58,004 nucleotides of DNA from an uncultured Candidatus Saccharibacteria bacterium (lineage in GTDB: Bacteria > Patescibacteriota > Minisyncoccia > Phycocordibacterales > CAIRYW01). How positions within the stretch are numbered: the first letter of the stretch is position 1; the number at the start of each line of letters is the position of its first letter. The stretch lies in contig CAYLQP010000004.1 of assembly GCA_964386665.1 (NCBI GenBank), positions 22,845 through 80,848 on the forward strand, in the 5' to 3' direction. This document shows, piece by piece, positions 51,782 to 58,004 of this stretch. The notes under the pieces were generated by a model. That model was given only the letters and a program-made list of their open reading frames with translations, ran no database searches and was not told the DNA's origin. The position numbers and the translations under genes were made by a program.

Positions 51782-52537
51782 ATGAAAAAAAATAAAACCT
51801 CTTGGGGCGATGTATCACATTGGTATGACGGTGTGGTAAATGATGATGATTCATATCAACAAAAGGTGATTTTGCCGAACCTGATTCGAGTTCTCAACTT
51901 GCAAAAGACTGACAACCTTCTTGATATTGCTTGTGGACAGGGTTTGTTTTCACATGAAACAGCGAAATCTGTTTCATGTGTAACAGGATTTGATATTGGA
52001 AAGGATCTTGTTGCGATTGCAAACAAACGAGCGTCAAAAAACGAGAAGTTTCTGGTTGCTAGTGCTGATGGAGCATTTCCTTTTGTAACAGGGCAGTTTG
52101 ATAAAGCTTTTTGTGTTTTGGCACTTCAAAACATCAAGAACCTTGATAACGTTTTACGTGAAACATCACGGGTACTTAAGGAAGGAGGGAAGTTTGTGTT
52201 GGTTTTGAACCATCCAACTTTTAGAATCCCAAAACACAGTGACTGGGGATTTGATGAAGAGAAAAAAGCTCAATATCGAAAAGTGTTTGAATATATGTCT
52301 GAAAAAACAGTTCCAATCGATATGAACCCTGGAAAAAAACACTCGACACAAACCGTTTCGTTTCATCGACCGCTTCAAGTGTATTTCAAGGCTTTTGCCA
52401 AGAATGGATTCGCTGTTACACGACTTGAAGAATGGGTTTCACACAAAGAAAGTCAAAAAGGTCCTCGCAAAACCATCGAAGACAAAGCTCGCAAAGAAAT
52501 CCCTTTGTTTATGTGTCTGGAAGTTGCTAAAATATAG
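51782..52537 (+). CDS. class I SAM-dependent methyltransferase (module A)
   Basis: I placed the start at the MKKNKTSWGD Met, because the ORF-track start at 51716 would read through the tRNA fragment. Motif I is LLDIACGQG. The C-terminal HRPL...NGF...IPLFM segment is shared with the 54403-55161 paralogue. Confidence 0.8.
   Translation: MKKNKTSWGDVSHWYDGVVNDDDSYQQKVILPNLIRVLNLQKTDNLLDIACGQGLFSHETAKSVSCVTGFDIGKDLVAIANKRASKNEKFLVASADGAFPFVTGQFDKAFCVLALQNIKNLDNVLRETSRVLKEGGKFVLVLNHPTFRIPKHSDWGFDEEKKAQYRKVFEYMSEKTVPIDMNPGKKHSTQTVSFHRPLQVYFKAFAKNGFAVTRLEEWVSHKESQKGPRKTIEDKARKEIPLFMCLEVAKI
51946..51985. other. two parS-like sites inside the methyltransferase gene
   Basis: GTTTTCACATGAAACA (51946-51961) and TGTTTCATGTGTAACA (51970-51985). 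Confidence 0.6.
52150..52165. other. parS-like site inside the methyltransferase gene
   Basis: CGTTTTACGTGAAACA has two mismatches to the consensus. Confidence 0.6.
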
Positions 52538-52540
52538 ATA

Positions 52541-53569
52541 ATGATAAACAAAATCGTTACACATTTTCGTCCTCATGCTGATGAGCTTATTGCTCTTATG
52601 TTTCTGAAAAATTTCCCTGAAGGGGAAGTGCAGTTTCCTGGAATAAAAAACGCAAAGATAGAATTTTTGTCTACTGGTAGGCTTGGAGAAGGGAAAACAT
52701 ACAAAGACTTTCCAGACAGGATTTTTCTAGGTGTTGGAGGGGGGCCGTTCGATGAACATGAGACAGATGGACAAGAGCGAAGTGAAGGGGAGGTGTGCGC
52801 AACCCTTGTTGCCAAAGCTCTTGGTCTCGAAAATATGCCGGAACTTCAACCAATCTTACAAATTGTAAAAGATGAAGATTTGAGCGGAGCAAAAGAAAAA
52901 GATTCTCTTTCTGTAATGATAAAATTTCTACACTCTTGTTTTAAGGATGACTATGAAACCATTTATAAATGGTCAGAAATGGCATATATGGCTCATATTG
53001 GTTTAGATTCGATCATCAGACCATTTACCCTTGAATCAGCACGTATGCTTCTGAAAGAGCATAAAGATTTTTTGTGGTGGAACGAAGTAATTGAAAAAGC
53101 ACTTACGTATCAAGATGAAGAATATCAAAAAGCACTAAAAGAATTTGATGAGAAGGCCTTAAAAGAAAGTATCGTTGCGTATGATGGTAAACAAGTCGCT
53201 TTTTCGTTTGTCGAGTCGGATAATGAAGAAATGGGTAAAGCAGCTCGAAGTCGAATGTCGCAACTTATTGTTCAGAGGAATTCTCGCGGTAATGTGTTTA
53301 TTTTTACATATCGAAAAAGAAACTTAGATCTTACATCTGTTGTGGTGTTGCTTCGACTTGCTGAGCAACATTTTAGCGGGGAGATAAAAGTTAAAGATAC
53401 AGAAACACTTTCACAAACAGGAAACGTTGCAGATATTCCTTGGTATTTGTTTTATACGAAAGATTCCATTTTTAATGGAAGTTTGACGACAAAAGATGTG
53501 CCACCAACAAAAATCCCAAAAGAAAAACTGATTTCAATCATAAAAGAAGGGATTTCTAAGAGGTTTTAA
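52541..53569 (+). CDS. divergent MYG1/UPF0160-like metal-dependent hydrolase (module A)
   Basis: 342 aa. IVTHFRPHADELIALMFL and GVGGGPFDEHE resemble the MYG1 THxGxFHADE / DVGG..FDHH motifs but in altered form. Confidence 0.55.
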   Translation: MINKIVTHFRPHADELIALMFLKNFPEGEVQFPGIKNAKIEFLSTGRLGEGKTYKDFPDRIFLGVGGGPFDEHETDGQERSEGEVCATLVAKALGLENMPELQPILQIVKDEDLSGAKEKDSLSVMIKFLHSCFKDDYETIYKWSEMAYMAHIGLDSIIRPFTLESARMLLKEHKDFLWWNEVIEKALTYQDEEYQKALKEFDEKALKESIVAYDGKQVAFSFVESDNEEMGKAARSRMSQLIVQRNSRGNVFIFTYRKRNLDLTSVVVLLRLAEQHFSGEIKVKDTETLSQTGNVADIPWYLFYTKDSIFNGSLTTKDVPPTKIPKEKLISIIKEGISKRF

Positions 53570-53581
53570 TATAAAAAAAGT

Positions 53582-54358
53582 TCACTCGCTGGGCGGTGAA
53601 CTAAGGAAAGAACATGCATCACGAATCGCGGCTTCCTCTGAAGGATAGATTGCCACGTTGTTTGGCAACCACTTTACTTGGGTTGCGGTTTGGGGGATTG
53701 TACCTCGTCCACCAAGTGACCATCTTGTACCTCGTCCTGAGATTACAAACTGAACCTCAGGAGACACACAAGTTTGCCAGTTCCTTGGAACATGAGTCTG
53801 CTTTGTAAGCAATACTCTGTTTTCACAGGTTCTTGCAAACTGAGAAAGTTGACCTTGAAACATCTTTGCTTTCTCGAACTTGGTTACGAGACCGAGCATT
53901 ATCTGATAAGCAATCCAAAGTGCAGTTTCAAATTTGGTATCCTGTGATCCATCTTGTTCATTAATAATACCAATGGCAGCTGAGAAGCTTAATCCCACAT
54001 CATGCACAGGTTTACCAGTATCTCGCTTACTGATCGGACCAAAAATATGTTTCAATAGAGTATTTTTATACCAAGGATTAGCAGCAAAGAGTATGTGAAC
54101 GAGCGATGCTTCACCAATGCTTTTATCTTGATGATGATCAAAGTTGTTTAGTGTAGGGTTATGAACCCCACCAACATCAATGACTGCGACTGTTTGATCA
54201 GAAAGTTCTTGAGACAAGTCTCGTCGTGTTCTTTCGATGTGTAACTCACCTGGTTTTTTTTGCAAAAAGACCAGTAAAAATGCGATCGCAAACACTTCGT
54301 CAGCGTGAAATCGTCCACTATGCGTAACGATCCGCTGGATCAGGTGCAAATTATTCAT
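53582..54358 (-). CDS. MYG1/UPF0160-family metal-dependent hydrolase (module B)
   Basis: 258 aa with IVTHSGRFHADEVFAIAFL and VIDVGGVHNPTLNNFDHHQ. Confidence 0.7.
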   Translation of the reverse strand: MNNLHLIQRIVTHSGRFHADEVFAIAFLLVFLQKKPGELHIERTRRDLSQELSDQTVAVIDVGGVHNPTLNNFDHHQDKSIGEASLVHILFAANPWYKNTLLKHIFGPISKRDTGKPVHDVGLSFSAAIGIINEQDGSQDTKFETALWIAYQIMLGLVTKFEKAKMFQGQLSQFARTCENRVLLTKQTHVPRNWQTCVSPEVQFVISGRGTRWSLGGRGTIPQTATQVKWLPNNVAIYPSEEAAIRDACSFLSSPPSE

Positions 54359-54402
54359 CTAAAAAAACAATAGCACGTGTTATTTTATTCGTCAATGTAT
54401 GC

Positions 54403-55161
54403 CTAAAGAGTTAGTCTAAATATCATAAAAAGAGGAATCTTGGTGTGTATGTGGTAGAAACTTTTTTCTTTTTCTGCGACCCAAGCAGGAGGAACTGGTT
54501 CAATAAATTCTTTTATTTGTAAACCATTTTTTAGGATTTCATTTATAATTGAAGAAATAGGTCGATGATAATACTCAACTTTAAATCTTCCCCTAAACCA
54601 AGAATCCTCTATTTTTCTTTCTCCGAGATAATCTCCAATCACATCTCCTGTGAGTCCATTTTGAATATATCGAATATATCCAAGTAAAAATATTTCTCTC
54701 TCTTGTTCACGTTTGATTTCTGAACCAAATCTAACTGGATGATTGGTCGAAATGATAATCTCACCATTTTCTTTGAGTGCCTTTTTCATCTTTTGAAGTG
54801 TTTTTGTCCAAGAGGGAACATAGTGCATTGTAAGGTTTGAAACAATCAGATCAAACGGAATATTAAACTCCATTTCTTCCATATCAGCAACAAAGAAATC
54901 TATCTCCGGATAGCTTTTTTTTGCAATATCAATAAGTGCAGGAGAGAGATCGATCCCAACTACTTTTTTTGCACCGAGCTCAAGCATTTTCTGACATTCT
55001 TCACCAGATCCACATCCAACACATAAAACAATCTTATCTTTTATATCTCCTATTGCATCAAACAATGCGGGTTTTATGAGATATTCGTGAACAATATTTT
55101 TACCATCACGCATTCGTTGTGCCCATTCTGATGCAAAATCTTCGTAATGATCTTTTTTCAT
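54403..55161 (-). CDS. class I SAM-dependent methyltransferase (module B)
   Basis: 252 aa with motif I VLCVGCGSGEE. The C-terminal HRPI...NGL...IPLFM segment is shared with 51782-52537. Confidence 0.8.
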   Translation of the reverse strand: MKKDHYEDFASEWAQRMRDGKNIVHEYLIKPALFDAIGDIKDKIVLCVGCGSGEECQKMLELGAKKVVGIDLSPALIDIAKKSYPEIDFFVADMEEMEFNIPFDLIVSNLTMHYVPSWTKTLQKMKKALKENGEIIISTNHPVRFGSEIKREQEREIFLLGYIRYIQNGLTGDVIGDYLGERKIEDSWFRGRFKVEYYHRPISSIINEILKNGLQIKEFIEPVPPAWVAEKEKSFYHIHTKIPLFMIFRLTL

Positions 55162-55197
55162 ATCTATATGGTAACAAAACCAAGGATAATAATTACA

Positions 55198-55225
55198 TTG
55201 ACAAAATATTATTTTATGCTATAAT
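55198..55225 (+). promoter_or_regulatory. near-consensus sigma70 promoter TTGACA-16-TATAAT
   Basis: TTGACA at 55198-55203 and TATAAT at 55220-55225, preceded by tgc. It lies about 115 nt upstream of the ATG at 55341. Confidence 0.65.
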
Positions 55226-55307
55226 ATACGTAACAACATTGTTCCTTGAAATTGTACTACTGAGCATTCTTAAGAAGTGCCTGATCGTTATAATTTAGGA
55301 ACATTTT

Positions 55308-55340
55308 CACACTCACACTCACACTCACACTCACACTCAC
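55308..55340 (+). repeat. (CACACT)5.5 hexanucleotide microsatellite abutting a start codon
   Basis: cacactcacactcacactcacactcacactcac runs right up to the ATG at 55341. Confidence 0.95.
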
Positions 55341-56300
55341 ATGAACACAATTGAAAAACTATTCGAGTTCCAAATTCTCGATCGAGGTACACCACTTCCT
55401 CTTATAACAACGTTCCTGCGCCAGACCTGGCCATGCGCGGTTTATAACTTCGGCCCAGCATCTCAACAAGGCTACGTATTATGCGTAAAGGTGTTGGATC
55501 CTAGTCAAGAGTATCACGTCTTTCAACGTGATTTCTGGGCTCAAGCTGAAGGAGGGAGTGGTAGTGCTGAAGTTTGGAGAACTATTGAGGCAAACACGAA
55601 TCTGGGGGGGTTTACAACCCCGGTCACAATTGCGGATGGAATAACCGGAGCAAACACCAACAATCTGCAAGTTTGTTTCCTGTTGGGTCAGTCCTTCTTC
55701 AATATCATGGTGACGGTCCAGGTTGGCCGAGACGGTAACCTCTATCTCATCTGTCAAAAGACTTGGCACGGCCAAATCTTTAGAGATGAACATGGGGAAA
55801 TCCGGGTTCCTGACTTAGAGCGCAAGGAACAGCATCCGCTTAACCGCCTCATCATTGAACAGTATGCTGATGATGATCTGCCTCTGCTCCCAGAGGACTA
55901 TACTCTTTGGGCAGAAAAGATTCGTTTTCGTGAACTGAAAGAAACCGATGTGGTGGTGATCGCTATGGATGATGGGTTAAACGGAGGAACTTACTATTGC
56001 CGTAACCGGCGAGGAAAGTATCAAAAGGTCACAGCTCAACAGCTGCGCTCGCAAGAGTGTCCGTTTCCCACAGTCGGCACAATCCTATCGAGGCGGGGTT
56101 CTGACTGGACAGTCTATTCGGATGTTGAATGTCAGGATATCTTCTTTGGGCCTTTGGATTTCAGGCGAGAAAAGGGTGCAGAGACACTACTGTACGACCT
56201 ACGTGGTGTACCTATTGGATCAGAAAGCTCAGATGCTCAAGGTATGGAGGAACTCGAAGCGGCGCTTAATATGGATATCACAGGTAGTTCTTTAGCCTGA
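55341..56300 (+). CDS. 319-aa orphan protein, higher GC than its surroundings
   Basis: A long ORF with its own promoter and terminator. I recognised no motif. Confidence 0.6.
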   Translation: MNTIEKLFEFQILDRGTPLPLITTFLRQTWPCAVYNFGPASQQGYVLCVKVLDPSQEYHVFQRDFWAQAEGGSGSAEVWRTIEANTNLGGFTTPVTIADGITGANTNNLQVCFLLGQSFFNIMVTVQVGRDGNLYLICQKTWHGQIFRDEHGEIRVPDLERKEQHPLNRLIIEQYADDDLPLLPEDYTLWAEKIRFRELKETDVVVIAMDDGLNGGTYYCRNRRGKYQKVTAQQLRSQECPFPTVGTILSRRGSDWTVYSDVECQDIFFGPLDFRREKGAETLLYDLRGVPIGSESSDAQGMEELEAALNMDITGSSLA

Positions 56301-56362
56301 ATCGGTCTGGGGTTGCTCCGATGAGCGATGCCCAGAATCACACAAGTACAATTTAACCAATT

Positions 56363-56396
56363 AGGCGCTTTCCGCAAGGGAGCGCCTGATTTTTTT
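56363..56396 (+). terminator. rho-independent terminator of the orphan gene
   Basis: Stem aggcgct(t) / (g)agcgcct around a gcaa-type loop, then ttttttt. Confidence 0.75.
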
Positions 56397-56420
56397 GTAA
56401 AAATAGGTTATATTTAATTA

Positions 56421-56732
56421 ATGTTCAAAAAAGTTATCGAAAATTTTGTGTGTGAGCACTGCGGTGCAGAAGTTACGGGTAACGGCTTTACTAACCACTG
56501 TCCACGGTGTCTTTGGAGTAAACACGTAGATAATGACCCTGGGGATCGCCAAGCTATCTGTGGTGGCCTTATGGAGCCTGTGAGAGTGTTTTCAAAGAGA
56601 GAAGGAGAAGAGCTTTTAAGTTGCTGTGTAGTTTGTAAGAAAGAAAAGAAAAATAAAATTCTTCCAAGTGACAATTTCGATGCGGTACTTGAAGTGTCAA
56701 AGAAGTATGCAATGAAGTTTGAGGGGAGATGA
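56421..56732 (+). CDS. RNHCP-domain zinc-ribbon protein
   Basis: 103 aa with CEHCG...TNHCPRCLWSKHVDNDPGDR..CGG, the RNHCP signature as I recall it. Confidence 0.65.
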   Translation: MFKKVIENFVCEHCGAEVTGNGFTNHCPRCLWSKHVDNDPGDRQAICGGLMEPVRVFSKREGEELLSCCVVCKKEKKNKILPSDNFDAVLEVSKKYAMKFEGR

Positions 56733-56774
56733 ACAACAAAGCCGATTTTTCGAAGAAAAATCGGCTTTGTTGTT
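56732..56774. terminator. 19-bp perfect bidirectional terminator hairpin
   Basis: aacaacaaagccgattttt / aaaaatcggctttgttgtt with a cgaag loop, between convergent genes. Confidence 0.8.
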
Positions 56775-56782
56775 TTGACTAT

Positions 56783-57952
56783 TTATCTTCCAAGTAATAA
56801 GTTGGCAAGTCGAAGTCCTTCTCCGGATACAAACTTATCCGCTTCGTCTTCTGCATTTGCTATAAAATATTCTATTGATTTACCTGTTTGTTTTTTTATG
56901 TTTTGCGCAATGTAGTGATAAGAAACAAATCTAATGTTTGGTTTACTTGTTTGTTTATCGAGAGTGGTAGCCACCATAATACCTATTAGTTTTCCATTCT
57001 TATCGGTGACTGCTCCTCCTGAAGATCCGTTTGTTGCAAGAAGGGTAGGTCCTGTTCCTCCAAGATCGCTTGTGCTTGTGTTGAGTGGCCACACATCTGT
57101 TACGGTTGATGTTTGTAATATATTGTAGAGTCCGTTATCAAGAATGTTGCCACCAAACGCAGGATATCCCGAAAGAATGATAGGGTCTCTCGTCTGCATT
57201 GTTTTTTCTACTGGTTCGATAAATGAAAGGTTTGAGGCGCTACTCCCAGAAATCTTTTCGGTGAGTACGATGAGTGCAAAATCATTTTCTCCTGTTCCTG
57301 AAACGGCGCTATACTTGAGATTGTCTTGGTTTGCATACACCCAGTTTGTTGGGAGGTAGACTACCTTTGCGTTGTAGGCTTTTGAAGCAGGAGATCCGGT
57401 ACGTATGGTACAAGTCTTTGTTTTGTTTGTAAGGGTATTGGCAATAAGGAGATGTTCTGCAACGTGTGCGTTGGTAAGGAGAACACCATTGTTGCTTATG
57501 GCAACCGCACTTCCTGTTGTTTTTTGGATTTGACTTCCTTTGATTTCGGTACAAAAGATATTTGCTACAGCTGATTTTATTTTTGCTTCCACGCTAAGAT
57601 TTGTTTCTTCTGCTGGCGAAGTAACTGTTACGGTAGGAAGTGGTGCTTTGGGTTTTGTGGGAAGGGGATTTGTTGTTTGGATTGGTTTTGGTGTAGCTAC
57701 GGGTGTTTGGTTAGTTGGTGTGGGAGAGGTGAGTTTGGTTGGTTGTCTAGGGAAGGAAGTTTGTTTGGTCTTTGGGGTTGTGGTTGGAGTTATATTTGAA
57801 ATAAGAGAATCAGTTTTTTCGACAAGGACTCCCGTTTTTGTTTCGAGCGTTTCTACTATCTCAGGGAGCGCTTTCTTATATTCATCGAAACTCCATCCAA
57901 AAAAGGAAATGGTGCTCAGAATTAAAGATGTGAGAATTTCTTCCAACTTCAT
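56783..57952 (-). CDS. membrane-anchored trypsin-like (S1) serine protease
   Basis: 389 aa with an N-terminal TM and a Pro/Thr-rich linker. The catalytic triad context is LLTNAHV (His), NDFALIVL (Asp) and GSSGGAV (Ser). Confidence 0.8.
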   Translation of the reverse strand: MKLEEILTSLILSTISFFGWSFDEYKKALPEIVETLETKTGVLVEKTDSLISNITPTTTPKTKQTSFPRQPTKLTSPTPTNQTPVATPKPIQTTNPLPTKPKAPLPTVTVTSPAEETNLSVEAKIKSAVANIFCTEIKGSQIQKTTGSAVAISNNGVLLTNAHVAEHLLIANTLTNKTKTCTIRTGSPASKAYNAKVVYLPTNWVYANQDNLKYSAVSGTGENDFALIVLTEKISGSSASNLSFIEPVEKTMQTRDPIILSGYPAFGGNILDNGLYNILQTSTVTDVWPLNTSTSDLGGTGPTLLATNGSSGGAVTDKNGKLIGIMVATTLDKQTSKPNIRFVSYHYIAQNIKKQTGKSIEYFIANAEDEADKFVSGEGLRLANLLLGR

Positions 57953-58004
57953 TAAGGTGTATTATACATTGAAATCATATAAATTTCAGTTGGGGTTTTA
58001 AATA

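Noticed and set aside
52415-52565. Additional half-sites GTTACACGA (52415), GTTTCACAC (52436) and GTTACACAT (52556) as further parS copies
   Set aside because: Only one arm matches. The last one encodes the conserved V-T-H of the MYG1 N-terminus, so coding constraint explains it.
54364-54385. Palindrome aatagCACGTGttatt upstream of the MYG1-B gene as a member of the parS array
   Set aside because: It shares only the CACGTG core. The arms do not match GTTTCAC or GTGAAAC. It may be an unrelated operator, but that is unsupported.
55308-55340. CRISPR array
   Set aside because: It is a simple hexanucleotide microsatellite with no spacers. I saw no repeat-spacer architecture or cas genes anywhere in the window.
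1-58004. Alternative genetic code (UGA recoded, as in some candidate phyla)
   Set aside because: Long intact ORFs with complete family motifs are obtained with the standard code. TGA also terminates well-delimited genes such as dnaA and the RNHCP gene.

Overview
I read this 58-kb AT-rich segment as the origin-proximal region of a streamlined bacterial chromosome. The gene content looks like Candidate Phyla Radiation / Patescibacteria; that placement is inference, since no search was run. Standard genetic code. The core feature is divergent dnaA-dnaN and rpmH-rnpA-yidC-jag with DnaA-box clusters on both sides of dnaA, which I take to be oriC. Housekeeping genes include pilB/gspE-type ATPase, ruvB, a shortened yebC, ruvC, class A PBP, rsmA, pcrA/uvrD, comM, lexA, pnp, rpsO, a Xer recombinase, xth, cca and a TrmH-family methylase. 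There are five tRNAs (His, Leu, Arg, Gly, Pro), none with an encoded CCA. The accessory content stands out in seven places. (1) A roughly 12-kb minus-strand operon (12.5-24.4 kb), plus flanking secreted-protein genes to 29.4 kb, encodes a minimal type IV secretion-like apparatus: VirB4 ATPase, a PrgI/VirB3-like protein and a VirB6-like polytopic protein. It also holds two VirB2/TrbC-like pilin modules, each fused to a different peptidoglycan hydrolase, and these share a 242-bp identical DNA block. (2) A dense array of ten near-consensus parS (ParB centromere) palindromes lies at 50.8-52.2 kb, half of them embedded in the same codon phase inside genes. (3) A GAAC-N4-GTTC LexA operator sits exactly in the spacer of a TTGACG-17-TATACT promoter that drives a small basic ORF plus lexA. 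(4) A mirrored pair of methyltransferase + MYG1/UPF0160-like two-gene modules follows the tRNA-Pro locus. (5) tRNA-Pro and tRNA-Leu are both accompanied by partial duplications of their own ends. (6) A 543-bp ORF-free convergent spacer carries RNase P RNA-like motifs. (7) There are higher-GC orphan genes, one behind a consensus promoter and a (CACACT)5.5 microsatellite that replaces the Shine-Dalgarno region. All homology calls come from motif recognition by eye.
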